The notes below the pieces were generated by a model. That model was given only the letters and a program-made list of their open reading frames with translations, was not told the origin of the DNA and did no database searches. From NCBI GenBank assembly GCA_016748015.1, contig JAAOMT010000012.1:124001-188000 (forward strand): DNA of 64,000 nucleotides. Direction: 5' to 3'. How positions within the stretch are numbered: position 1 is the first letter of the stretch; each line of letters begins with the position of its first letter. This DNA is from Geosiphon pyriformis uo1 (taxonomy: Eukaryota > Fungi > Glomeromycota). Positions 1-14,887 of the stretch are shown piece by piece. The translations under genes and the position numbers were made by a program.

Positions 1-1180
1 TTATATTTAATATAAAATATGTACATGTTAAATATATTTAAATAACAGTTATATTATATTATTGTGTAAACAATAAAATATATATATATATATATATATA
101 ATATATAATATATAATTAATTTAATAAATAAAATTATTAAACAAAATATTTTATAAAATATTAATATTTTTGTTAACAAATAATAATAACAAATAATAAT
201 AACAATAATATTATCAATAATTTCAGAATTTATAAATTAATACATATATGACTGATTATATTTAATAAAAAAATAAATTATAATATTAATCAACCAAAGT
301 AGTTTTAAATATTGGTAAATTTTCTAGATATAATATATTATTTAGTATTACTTAATATTTCATTTGTTTTTAATCTTTGCAAATTTTAATTTTAATAATC
401 TTTTTTTTTTTAAAAAGTATTATTAAACAAGACATTAACAATTAAATAATGTATTAATATAAAATAAAAAAAAAAGCAATTTCAATTAACAATAAAATAT
501 AATGTTGTTGAATGCAAAACTTCTTGTCAAAAAATTTTAACCAAAATTCTCAAATATCATTTTGCATTCAAGCTTTCAAATTCTACTTGTAAGTAATGAG
601 TAATGAACTGATATTTATGCTTTTGAAACAATGAGCCTTTGTATGTTCAACAATTACAAATGGTTTTAGTTTTTCTGTATCCGTGGCATTTAGTAAAAGG
701 AGAATGGTAAAATAAGAAAAATGTGGCGATATTCTCTTGTCATGTTACAAATATTGTATTTTTTAGTACCGACATATTTCTTTACCCAACATATCAATTA
801 TAGTGGCGCACTTTTTGTTTTTTTTTGGTACAGGTTGAGTAGATATTTGAAAAGAAATTGGTCGAGCAAAAACTTTTTTCACAACAGACCATTTTCAATT
901 ATTTAATTTTTGATCGTCTGGATTTAATCACATATAATGTGAAATTTTGAATATTTACAAAGAACAAATCTATATTGGTAGGAATAGTAGCCATGTGAAA
1001 GGGAAGATCAGTGATCCTATGTTTTGGGACGTCATAACTGCAAAAATATTATTGGTCAATATTTACACGGGATTAAATCTGTAAATATTCTATAATTTTG
1101 ATCGGGTTTTGAAATTATTATTTTTAAAGCCAATGTTCTTATATAATGTGTTCTTAAAAAATGTAAAGAAAATTTAAGAA

Positions 1181-1384
1181 ATGACTACGATAACTTTATC
1201 CGATTCTATTGAGCCTATCCGTCAAAAGCAAAAGATCAAAAGATTATTGATAGGGACGACCGGTAGTGTGGCCAGTATCAAAGTTCCAGTATTGGTTAAA
1301 TTGTTAACTGAGGTAACTAACTATTATGATAATTATGATTGCTAAAGATTTGAATAAAATTTAATTTTATTATTATTATTATTA

Positions 1385-1473
<89 letters not shown>

Positions 1474-2420
1474 CCCAATCTGATTGAACTTGACAAGAAA
1501 AGCTTGATCCTGATCTGCAAATAAAGATATGTGCAACCAAAAATGCGTTACACTTTTTTGATTGTGAGGCAGTGACAAAGATTAAAGATGGAATTGAGGT
1601 ATTAACGGATGAGAATGAATGGAAGGTTGTAAATTTTGGCTTTTTATTTGAATCAAAGTGAGGAGATGAAGAGTTATTGAATTTTTGGTAATCTTGTTTT
1701 TTCGAATGATTCCCATGATTTTGGATAGACTTGGAATAAGATATCGGATCCAGTGATGCACATTGAGGTTCGTATAACTTTTTAACTTTTTTTGTTTTCT
1801 TTTTCTTTTTTTTTTTTGAAGAATCCAATTGATTATTTCGTGTTTCTATTTTAAAACAGCTTCGAAATTGGGCTGATGCTTTCCTAATAGCACCACTCGA
1901 TGCAAACACGTTGGGAAAAATTGCAAATGGTCTTTGTGATAATCTCATTGTAATTTTACAATATATATATATATATATATATATATACATTGGAAAACCC
2001 CTTATTTTTTCATTGAATGAATCATTTTTTTGTTTAATATATATTTCCACGGTTAATCACATCATTTTAATTCACTCTACATATATACACAAAGACATGT
2101 GTTCTTAGAGCATGGGACCTCGCCCGTCCAGTAGTCGTTTTTCCAGCAATGAACACAAATATGTGGAATCATCCATTCACCGCGCGGCATTTATCAGTGT
2201 TACGTGATGAACTCGAATTTCAAATTGTTGATCCAGTTTCCAAAACCTTGGCATGTGGTGACACTGGTATGTGAGAGAAAGGTTTTATTTTTGGAAGCTT
2301 ATTGAAAATTTGATTCAGTCTCGGATTTTTTTGGTTCGAAAATGATTAGGAATCGGGGCTATGGCTGAAGTTGGAACTATTGTGGAATATGTTCGACGGG
2401 AGCTACTTCTTCTAGATTAA
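1181..2420 (+). CDS. PPCDC: Phosphopantothenoylcysteine decarboxylase (HFCD flavoprotein, Hal3/Cab3/PPCDC family), 6 exons
   Basis: Manual splicing: exons 1181-1312, 1503-1625, 1729-1767, 1860-1949, 2095-2266, 2350-2420, all GT-AG. Peptide has LLIGTTGSVASIK, DPVMHIELRNWAD (catalytic His), APLDANTLGKIANGLCDNL, PAMNTNMW and LACGDTGIGAM (catalytic Cys). Confidence 0.93.
1367..1473. repeat. (ATT)n microsatellite of about 105 bp inside PPCDC intron 1
   Basis: Read directly; two single-T interruptions. Confidence 0.95.
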
Positions 2421-2427
2421 TTGATTA

Positions 2428-2478
2428 TTTGATTTGATTTAATTTGATTTGATTTGATTTGATTTGATTTGATTTGAT
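2428..2478. repeat. (GATTT)n pentanucleotide repeat just 3' of the PPCDC stop
   Basis: Read directly. Confidence 0.85.
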
Positions 2479-3005
2479 TATAGTAAAAATTTTGGAATAA
2501 AATATGCTGCTGTTTTTGAAGTCAAAAGTTTATTAAACATTGATATATATACATTTACATAAATTCTAATTTTAATAATTATTTAATTATAAAAGACAAA
2601 CAAGTTTATTTATTTATTTGTTTGTTTGTTTGTTTAATTGATTGTTTATTTGTTTATTTATAAAAATATATTATTTAATAAACAATATTTTTATTAAATT
2701 TTTTTATTAAAAATTACAATTATTATTATTTTTTGCTTTCTTATTTGTTATTTTAATTCTTAAAATAATGTTTAAAATTTAAAAAATTATATATATACTA
2801 AATTAATATATTTTATTTAAATTTATAATTTTAAAAATATATTTTTTTATGTATTAACTATAAATTAAACAAAATAATAATAATAATAAAATTTTTTGTA
2901 TTTTTATAATTACAATCAAAACAAAATTTATTTTATTATTTTTAATAATAATATATAAAATAATAATAATCTGATAATATTTTTTTTGTTTTTTTATTAT
3001 ATTTA

Positions 3006-3130
3006 ATAAGTAAAGTCTAAATACTATCTAGTATAATACATTAAACTAAGTAATCTAAATTATATATAAATTATGTATTTTGTTATATGTGACCAGTTAC
3101 TTAGATTAATCAAAACAATATTATATATTA
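3006..3130 (-). mobile_element. Heavily mutated LINE 3'-terminal fragment
   Basis: Aligns by eye to 41179-41300 (aataagtaaagtctaaatactatctagta vs aacaagtgaggtccaaacactacctagta), differing mostly by transitions. Confidence 0.75.
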
Positions 3131-3599
3131 TTACTAATTAAAAATTGAAATATTACTTGACATAAAATTATTTTTATAATTTCTATCATTAATTAATATA
3201 TATTATTATTTTAATTTATTACTTATTATCTTATCAAATTATTTAAAATATTATTCAATTAATAATCTGATTTATACAAAAAACAAATATAATTAAATTA
3301 TAATAATTAGATTATATAATATACTAAACTATATAATAGTTAAAATTTGCTAAAATATTTAGTAATTCAATCAAATATTTAACAATTCACTAAAATAGTC
3401 TATAATTTGCAAAAATAACTTATAGTTCAACAAAATATATTTTTAGTTTATTAAAATATTAAAAAAAAAATATTGGCTTATAAAATAATATTACAATAAG
3501 TTATATAAAAAAAACTTTTTTTTTAAAAAAAATATATCTTAATTAGTATTTTTCACTAAATATTTTAGTAGAATTACTTTCTTTACAAATTAATTCCAA

Positions 3600-4432
3600 T
3601 GTTATAAATTATTTGGGGTGTTGAAATAAATAACAAATTCATAACTTAATGTTCAATAGCTGGAAATATTGGTAATTTCTAAAGATTTTGAAATTTAAAG
3701 ATTTTGATTGAGTTTTTTGTATAATAAATAGAGATTTGATTAATGATTTCTTTTGTAAATTTTTTTTTCAACATAGTGGTTAGTTTATTTTAACAGTTGT
3801 GTTTTTCTGATAAGTTATTCTTAAATTTTAACTCTTATTTCCAAGTTTTTTATCAGACTATTCTTAATGTTAAATACTTAGTGCTTAATTTTTTTAATCA
3901 ATTAATAAACAATAAAAAAATAAAATAAAAAAATAAAAATAAAAATAAAAAATAAAATAAAAAATTAATATCCTATTAATAGTTATAGTTAAGAGCTATT
4001 GGTTCAGTATATTTAACTATTAAATTCTATCAATATAGAGTATTAATAGTGTAGAAGTAATTAATATTTTTTTAATTAAAAGATGATAACATAAGTTTAA
4101 TATTAATATAATTTTATTTTAAGTTATAAAAAACTATTTTTTAAAAGAAGGAGCAAAGTAAATAATTATTGCTAGTTATTGTTTTATCTAAATTAAATTC
4201 TGAATTTAATTTTATCTATTTTTTTTGAATTTTCCTGAAATTACTTTTTCTGTTTTTAATACTCTCACTATATATATAATTCATGTTATATAAAATTTTT
4301 TAAAATTTTGTAATTCTTTGAAAAAAATTCTGCAATTCTTTAAAAAAAATCTTGAAATTTCTCTTTTTACTATGCTTATTTCTAATTGGCTATTTTATTT
4401 ATTATTATAATTCCTAATTTTTATAAATAATA
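3600..4432 (-). mobile_element. Degenerate solo LTR (family shared with 61185-64000), 4-bp TSD CCAA
   Basis: Starts TGTTA, ends TAATA (decayed TAACA); CCAA at 3596-3599 and 4433-4436; colinear with the copies at 61185 and 63154. Confidence 0.7.
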
Positions 4433-4939
4433 CCAATAAAATTCATTTTAAAAAAACATAAAAATTCTCAATTATTTCTGTTTAAAATTAATCATCTTAT
4501 ATTAACAGTTTGAAATTAATTAGCTACCAATTTTTATAACTGTTAGTAACTTTTAAACTTGAATCTAAAACAACTTTTTTGACATATTTCTCACTTTTTT
4601 TTTGTTTATATTTTTTTATATTTTTTTATATTATTAAGTAGTCTATAATTAAAATTTTTTATAAAAGAGTTAAATTTTACAACAAAATAATTATACACAT
4701 TTTTAAAAAGCTTACAAATAATATTTTTTTGTAAAAAAATTGACTTTTATTGCAAAGTAACTATATAAATTATTAATACAGAATTAGTCATTTTATTATA
4801 AACCCAACAGGATATATAGTTCAAAGTATAAAAAAATATTTTAAAAAAAAAATTAGCTTATTAAAAATTTATTACTTTTTATTAACAGCAAAATTAAAAG
4901 CAAAACAGTATTAATAACATTAAAAAAAAGGTAAAAAAT

Positions 4940-5800
4940 TTTTTGGTAATAATATTTAAATATACAAAGACCATATTTCTAATATTAAAAAAATAAACAC
5001 AATTTGTATATATTAAACTTAATTTTAAAAGCCTTAATAATTCTAAGTAACTTAATTATACCACTAGATAGTGTAGATAACAAACTAACAATAATCATTA
5101 GTATAATTTTATTGTATAAAATTAAACCACTTTTTTTCATAAAAATTTAGTGCTTAAAATAAATAAACTAAATATTATTTTTATAAGCCAAACCAAAATT
5201 ATGTATAAAATTTACAACTTTACAATTAGCAATCTTAATATTCTTGAAAATTAAGAGAGATTTTTGGAACCAATCTTTAAAAACAAACTTTTTACACAAA
5301 GCCAAATACAAAGTAATATTAAAGAAACACAAAAAAAATAATTGAAATATACATAATAATAATATATACAGACCAAAAAACATTTTTTAAATGGCTATAT
5401 AGATATTTAATAGTAATTTAAAAACTCAATATTTTTATAATACAGACATAAAACACTATAATAATATTTATTATACAGATATTTATAGATAATTACAAAT
5501 AATCTGTAATATAAAATCTTTATAAAATAAGAATATACTCTAATTGTAATCTTGCTTATAAATTTAACTACTATGTAAAAATTAAAGTGTCATATCATTA
5601 AAAATCTGATCTAATTTATGTTTCTAAGCAAATTACTCTTCAAAATTTTAATACTAAATCTAATTATTTAACAGATACAATAAATTATCTAAAAAATTCT
5701 ATAATTAAAATACTTTGTATTTTTAAAAACAATTTTATTACCAGTTTTAAAAAAATATTTTTGTATGTAAACTAAAAATATTACATTTAAAAATAAGACA
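4940..5800 (-). pseudogene. Degenerate LINE ORF2 C-terminal fragment
   Basis: ORF 5168-5383 (LALCKKFVFKDWFQKSLLIF...VVNFIHNFGLAY) parallels 41293-41730 (MALFKGFVFNGWFCKAVSVF...IVKFVCSLGLAF). Confidence 0.75.
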
Positions 5801-6124
5801 GTATTAACCAAAATATCAATATTTTTATTGCTTAAAACATCTAAATAATCCTTAATTTTATGTCAATTAATACTTAAATTTTTTTTCTAATAATATTTAT
5901 TATTTATAAATGCTTAATTTAATAATAATTATGAAAATCTGATAAAATTAAAACCAATTTTGAACAATATATATTTAGAACTGCTTGGCTATGTGTTTTT
6001 TTAAAATAAATATTTAAATAATACAAATATAAAACAAATTTTAATTATTAATAAAACATTTTTTGGCTTAAATTAAGAGTTTTTTTATTTTAAGTTTTTT
6101 TTAAACAATTAATTAAAACTAAAT

Positions 6125-6163
<39 letters not shown>

Positions 6164-6339
6164 TTTATTTTTTATTATTATGCTGTAACGAAATGTGGCC
6201 CAATCGCCAACTATAACATATTGAATGGTAAATTAATTAAATTATAACAGTAATGTACACTTTACCAATAACAAAAAAATATACTTAATATAATATATAA
6301 AATAATAAGGAATGTTTTGTGTTCTTAAAAGTTATATAT

Positions 6340-6611
6340 ATAGAAAAACATTACATGTTTCTAAGAAAATGGCTGGGTTCCAAAAAAAACAATGTTATAC
6401 TTCAAAGCCCAGACCTGAATCTAATTGAGAACTTGTGGACTAAATCTTCAGAAATGAAATAAAAAACTATTTAATTTTTACTTAATTTGAGCAATATGTT
6501 AAAAATGCATGAAAAGGAATTCCAAAGCATTTTATTAAGAAATTGGTTAACAATATCCCAAAACCCATTCAGACATTGATTGCGGCGAAAGGAGGGGCAA
6601 CAAAATATTAA
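6340..6611 (+). pseudogene. Tc1/mariner (Tc1-like) transposase C-terminal remnant
   Basis: QSPDLNLIENLW at 6403-6438 (Tc1 SPDLNPIENLW motif) and a C-terminal IAAKGGATKY*; frameshifted. Confidence 0.85.
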
Positions 6612-7694
6612 TTACCTAGTACAAAATGTGGGTTTTAACCGATTCTCAATAAATGCTTATTAGCACTTTTAACATTTACATTTCTTTTATATTAGGTGAA
6701 AAAAGCATTTGAAAACCTTTGTATTTCATCATTGTCGTTTCTAAATCCAAGCCAGATATTTGGGCTCGATATAAGTCGTGTTTCATTTGGTGATAGATGA
6801 CCTAGTCTGCCCTAATTGCTTTTAGTTTCCTCTTACAAGAATCGCTTTGAGTGAGATAAATGATTATCTTTTAAAAGACATTAATTACAACGTAATGATT
6901 GAGGTGGCCCATTATCACCGCTCTGCAGCAGAAGTTCTAGCAACCCTCCAGCCTTCTGCCCCGCCAAGCTTTTTGTCCGACATTACTGTTGCTTAGCTAT
7001 GTTCTGGGATTCCCCACCCGAAGAAGGATTAGGTAAATATAATTTAATCATTTCAAGTTGCATTTAGTAATTCAAGTCTTCCATAACTTCTCCAGAAAAC
7101 TCGTGTCGCTTTGAAGCAGTTTGGGAACAACAGCGTGATCAACAGAGAAAAGTTGGATAAGTTCGAATACTTTAATTTTACTTCAAGCTTCATCAGGATA
7201 CCCGCCTTGTTGCGCCACCTTTAAATAATAATTGGCATTCGGTTCTCTTTTTTCGGTGCTGTTAGCAATTATCCCTGATGTCGTTTTTTATGAGCAACAG
7301 CGAAACGATTCTTAGAATAGGCCATTTAGTTCCCTAGATTTTTATTTGTAAAAAAAATACGTCTTAATTTGAATGGGTTTCGATCATCTGAAATCGAGGT
7401 AATTCTTACTTATTTATGGAACCGTATTGCGCGACATCACCTCCGCGTTAATTATTCAAATTTTCCTTATCAGTGAATAATCTTCCATAATATAAAACGA
7501 AGTTTGCTGTTGAAATTTCGTCGGAAATCGGTCTTTTGCTTCTAATTAGCGCAGAAAACTTGATTTACTGATGAAACAATCCTCATGATTTGTGTTAGGT
7601 AACAATAATATACAAGAATTAAAATTAAGTATATAAGTATTAACGAACTGACCCCTTTCTATACACATAAAAAGTTGACTATGCTTAAAAAGAT

Positions 7695-9162
7695 ATGGCA
7701 GAATACGAGGAAAGACAGTTAAATGATCCTATTCTTTTGGCGGTAAGGACGCGAAAACTTGAATATTCACCAAGAGTAAAGATTTTTTGAAAAAATTCAA
7801 TACAACGCGTGAAACGTATAATGAAACGAGTAGGCCGAGCTACTGGAAATGGCAAGTCGCCAACTCGCAATGGCTGCAGAGGCGTTCAAATTAGCAGGCC
7901 AAGGTCATGCGTGGGTGTCGCTTTCAGAGCTTCGAAACCACAAAAATAGTAGTGAGAAGGAATCATCTCAAAGGAAACGTCCATTCAAGAGGCCGCAGCA
8001 GCCCTTTTTGATTTTTTGTAATGATATGCGTGTAATTATTAAGAGAAATAATCCAGAATTGGATGACAGATCCGTTATTTCTAAATTATCTAACATTTGG
8101 AGGAACCTAGGAGAGGAAGGAAAAAAGGTGATAGTTTGGTTGGATGATTTCGGTCAAAAATCATTTTTATATTTATGGCTTTATTATTTTTACTTGCTTT
8201 AGAAATACGAAGAACATTATCAACAAAAAATGGCTGAATATCGACAAGAACTGCAGGAAGATAATGAGGGAGCCGAGTCTCATTCTACCATAAAAGCTGT
8301 TGGTACATCTAAGCAACCTGATGATCAGGAATATCAGGAAATAGACGAGAATTCCTTGCCCGTAACACCTCCTGTCACCTTTAATAAATCTAATGAAATT
8401 AATCTTGGTTCTCCGGTACTTCCTATTTCTAAGAACGGCTCGTCGCAAAACCTTTCATTGAAGGGACAGGGGGAAGAAGAAGAAGACTCTCTTACCAATG
8501 AAGATGCTATTGGTGAACCAGATGGCGAATACGAAGGTCAACCTTCACCTTTAGATGATGGTGATGATAATTTAGATAAAAAATATCAAGCAAAAAAAAA
8601 GACTCGAGTAAATCAGCAGAAACATCAACCGCAATCACAAGTGAATTCGCAACCTCCATCTACGCCTCAAAGACTGACCAAAACTTCTTTAATGAAAAGT
8701 AGAGTTGGCTCATCCACACCAAGATCTCTTCAAAATTCTTTAGTGGATATCGAATCAAACCCATCATCAATAAGAGCCTCTAAAATTTTTAAAGAGGTAG
8801 GAGCGGGCTCTTCACCACTCAAGACTCTTAAGAAGTCTGCAGAAACAGTAGCAAGGAGCTCATTATTCCCAAGTCCTTTTGAGATTTCAGCATCGACTCC
8901 CAACAGATCTCCAACAACAAGGATGACGACGACGACAACACCATTAAGTGCTAAATCAGATTTTAAAGATAAGCCAATATCTAATGAAGAAAAGAAAAGG
9001 TTAAAGCAGGAACGGAGAGATCGAAAAAAGAGACGAAAGCTAGAAAAGGAGCAGAAACAGGGCTTATCTGGTCAATTTGAAAGTTCAAACGAGAATGAGG
9101 TCAACAAAGAGCCAAAGAAGAAAAACATTAAAAATCGGAGGGAAAAGGAAGATAATTATTAA
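7695..9162 (+). CDS. HMG-box chromatin protein (HMGB/Nhp6/Hmo1-like box, long low-complexity basic C-terminus)
   Basis: Exons about 7695-7742, 7834-8127, 8203-9162. Box KRPQQPFLIFCNDMR...NPELDDRSVISKLSNIWRNLGEEGKK|KYEEHYQQKMAEY joins in frame across a GT-AG intron. Start uncertain. Confidence 0.85.
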
Positions 9163-9774
9163 AGTATGAATTGTCTATTATTAATTTATGTGTATACAAT
9201 ATTGGAGTTGTAGTCTTGAGATAATAAGGATAAGTTGAATAAATTCAGCATTTAGAGTATCAATTTTCGAATAATGAATGATGAGTAAAATTGTGCAGTT
9301 GTGAAATACAATTGTAGATATTTTAGATCTCAAAACTCTCAGAAAGCTGAACTGGATCTTGCAATTTAATTTTGATCTGCTATCACATAGCATTATAACA
9401 ATTAGCCACTTTCCCACTCATTTTATTGGTGGAAACTGAATTATAATACAGTTTACTAATATGAAGTACCCAGTCTCCCATCTACGAAACACTTGGATTT
9501 GGAAAGAATCGAATAATAGCCTTGGATAATTATCATCTAATATTAAATGATATTGCCTGGATTACCGAATATTAGGTCTTAAATTTACGCTTCGATCAAT
9601 TTTTCTTTTAGATGCGATTGACAACAGGTACCTCGTTGATCAAGAATTTCTAAAAAAAAACTTTCATCAGATTGTCAGTTGCCATGTTGAATTCCATGTG
9701 CCTGTGCACGTAATAAACGTAAGTGATTTTTATATAGAAAAATAGTATCAATAATGATTACATTGATTATTCTT

Positions 9775-9795
9775 ATGATGATGATGATGATGATT

Positions 9796-9837
<42 letters not shown>
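9775..9837. repeat. (GAT)n microsatellite
   Basis: Read directly. Confidence 0.9.
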
Positions 9838-9839
<2 letters not shown>

Positions 9840-10081
9840 TGAGTGATGTATGATTGTGATTATTATTTTAGGTTCCAGATGTGTATGTGGAAAAAGGAAA
9901 AGATGAAAATTGGTAATGAGAACCGAGAGATAGGGATTTTCGCTCGATTGAAAAGAACGAGGATTTTGAATGATGAGATTGATACACAAATAAAAAGTGC
10001 GAAATAGGCCAAAATTGACGACGTTACTGATTAACTGATCCTAAATATTTTTACTGATTTACTTTTATAATATAATATATT

Positions 10082-10671
10082 TTACATGACTGTACAACAC
10101 CACCACGATCCTCCGGATGGAGCGTAAGCGTCGTCACGTTTATCCACCGGGCCCCATACTGAGGGTACCAAATAATCACGAGTATTTTTACAATATCGAA
10201 TTAGACTGCGCGGGAAGAGAGGAAGATGGGCAGAGAAATGTGTAGAGAGGAAGAAGATGAGATTCAATTATTAGTATGAGAGGTAGAAATTAGGATGAGA
10301 ATTGATTAAATTCGACTTTTTTTTAGTTTAAAAAATTCAATTTGTATGCTATTTGGGAAACCCTTTGATGATCGGTTAACATCACAATAGATATCGATTG
10401 ATGATTATTCAATAGCACGCGATATTTATAATATTTTGTCCTTTCCTGTTTTGTTTACTTTTCCCTTCCCTATCCTATAATATCCTATTCTACCCTTTCG
10501 TTCACTCTCTCCTCAAAACAAAAAACCTTGAAACCCAATTTTTTACCTGGTGCTAGCCTCACTAACCATTACTCTCGGTCGATCCAAGTCTTCACGTAGT
10601 CTTTGGTTAAGTTCCAGTAACCGACGAAGTTTAAGCTCTGACATTGTTTGTTGTTTCTGTCTTGCCATCAT
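10082..10671 (-). CDS. Heterotrimeric G-protein gamma subunit (Ste18/Gng1-like), 2 exons
   Basis: Exon 1 10671-10547 [41 protein letters not shown]; exon 2 10205-10082 [41 protein letters not shown], with a CCaaX lipidation tail. Confidence 0.95.
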
Positions 10672-12012
10672 CTTTACGAAAAATGAGGTGATTTGTTAGT
10701 TATGCTTGACAGTTAAGGTTTGTGGCGCGTAAAGGTAAAGATAGAGAGAGGAGATAATTTATGGTGTAGAGCTAAACTTGGGAGTTTACTTTTAGGCAAA
10801 GTTAAATATTTGCAAGTTATAATTTTATGATTTAAAGGGTGGTTATATCTATCTTGAAAAGATAACCTATTATTTGTATTCTTAAATATCTATTAAATAC
10901 TCAAAAGTTGGATTTATTTAAGTTTCTAATATTTTCGCTTTTTGAGAGAGAATACCTTTTAAAGCATCTATTTTTTATGGCAAAAGGTGATATATTTCTA
11001 GAAGTAAACACCCAAATTTATTATAATTCCTTTTAAAGGTCCCCTTCAACATCAACATAAAGATCCTAAAAAGTTTCTATTTTGAAGAAACTATAAACCA
11101 CACAACTCATTCAAGAACTTTGGGAAGTTTTTAATATTCTTGTGTTCTTGTGCTTCAATGGTTTGTTTGGTATGATGTATATAATTAGGGAATTTTATGC
11201 TGTGCAGGTTAAGAAGTTGTGATAGTTTTTGGCTAGTTAATGGTAGGGGGTGGGCTTTCTAGCTATACTTGCTATTGTCAAACAAATCCAATCCTAGGAA
11301 CAAATGAAAATGATGGTTTAGGCAAATGATAAAATTGTCGGGTGACAGCAATAAGATTTACCAATCTAATTTCTTCTAGAACTTGCCATGAAAAGTTAAA
11401 TTATAAATTGACAATAACATGATGAAAGAACTGATAAGTTACAACATCAAAAAAAAGTGGCACAATTCTCCAGAGAACAACAGAATGGCTATGTTATTAA
11501 AAATTTTCATTGTAATTAAATAATAAACAATTTATGTTTTTAAAATTAAAAATAATCTATAAATAGAAATAGAAATAATAAATAATAAAATAAATTTTAA
11601 AAGAAAGATTAAAATGATTGTTTTATGATTATTTAATTATTATTATTATTATTATTATTATTATGTTAAAAAATAAATGTATTTTATAAAACTTTACATT
11701 TGTAAAAATATTATATGGTAAAAATATAAAATAATGTTTAACAATTCAATTGATTTGTAAACTGATCACATATATAAACATTTAAATGAGTATGAGTGAC
11801 TCAATTTTAAAAAATACATTGTTTCCGGTTACCCAAGAATCTCGTTTTTTGATAATCAGTAATCTTTCGCGATGGAACTTTTTATAGACTTTAGTTGTGA
11901 AAAACATTCATTATAAATAGACCTAAAATCATATAACCTTGCCTTGTGATATTGATATTGATACTGATATTGTCTTTCCTGTTATCTTTCTGGCTTTTTT
12001 TTCGAAAATAAA

Positions 12013-13698
<1,686 letters not shown>

Positions 13699-13986
13699 TA
13701 GTGAGGAAATCTTTTTATATAGACTAATCTCGTATACTTGAATTACGTATCATATCCGAAAAAGTTGTTTTTATAATTTGATCCTATTTCCTTTATTCTC
13801 TAGTAAAATTGCTGTTCCAATGTCATGCATAATTTTTTAAATATTAATGAATTTGATTTAACTCAATTCTGATGAAAAATGACAAGTGCCACTCAATAAA
13901 CATGTGATCAAGTAATTGATCTTAATTTATAAAATTATACATTGCATTTGCTGTGCATGCAGCATAGAAGATAATAGAACAACAGT

Positions 13987-14711
13987 ATGGACAATTTTCT
14001 ACCCGGACAAATATTTACAACTTCGGCCAGTCTGGTGGATAGCGTTGACAGTATAGTATTTATTTCTTCACTCAATTTCCTTTCTATTCTCAGTCTGCAG
14101 TAGTCTTTAAATAAAGAGACTTTTACTAACTTTTCAGTTTGCTCATTTTTCATTATCTTCTCTTTGATTCATTTTTAGGAAAGGTTTTGGTAGTTCTTCG
14201 TGACGGTAGAAAACTTATTGGAGTGTTAAGATCTTTTGATCAATTTGGTAAAATACAACGTTCATGAAGCCCGCTTTTTCATAATCTCAATTAATTTGCG
14301 ACGTGGTTTCAACTCGCAAACAAATTTGTTCTCAAAAATTAGCAAATTTGGTATTACAAGATACCATAGAGCGAATTTATGTTGGTGATGCATATGGTGA
14401 TATTCCACGAGGAGTGTTTATTATAAGAGGGGAGAACGTTGTTCTTTTGGGAGAAATTGTAAGCCTTTTGGCACTTGTTTCTTTTTCTCATCTCTGATTC
14501 ATTGGCTATTTTCTATCGTTGCTTTTGGACTTTTGCCCATAAGGATTTGGATAAAGAAGATGATTTACCGCTAAGACAAAGACCTGTAGAAGAAATTCTA
14601 TTAGCCCAGCGAGAAGAGATGGAGGCGCGACAGAAGCGTGAAAAACTGAAGAACAAGCTTTTACACGATCAAGGATTTAGTGTTGATTTTACCGAAACAG
14701 ATTTGTATTGA
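13987..14711 (+). CDS. LSM1: Sm-like protein Lsm1 (mRNA decapping activator), 4 exons
   Basis: Exons about 13987-14050, 14179-14247, 14343-14458, 14544-14711: [46 protein letters not shown]...[17 protein letters not shown]...DLY. Confidence 0.95.
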
Positions 14712-14887
14712 TTGTTCTTTGGTGTAATATTAAGAACGAATAAGATAATCTGGCTATTTTGAGGGCTCTAATGAGATTAAATCTCTAACAGATAAAGATA
14801 TCAGATAATTGAGATATTTTTTATCAAATATTATCCGTTATTTTTAGCGGGGAAAAGGCTTCTTCGATACCCAAGTTACATGGAAGA

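Noticed and set aside
721-906. 61-aa ORF
   Set aside because: No motif or splice support; lies in the PPCDC upstream region.
1342-2050. Minus-strand ORFs with poly-Ile/poly-Asn
   Set aside because: Antisense shadows of PPCDC kept open by the ATT and TA microsatellites.
7270-7312. Hammerhead-like TATGA-GC-AACA-GC-GAAA-CGA
   Set aside because: Lacks an intact CUGAUGA core and stem I.
7695-9162. Mucorales-type sexM/sexP mating locus
   Set aside because: The box looks HMGB-type, and no flanking triose-phosphate transporter or RNA helicase gene is present.
9675-9989. 104-aa poly-Ile ORF
   Set aside because: Product of the (GAT)n repeat.
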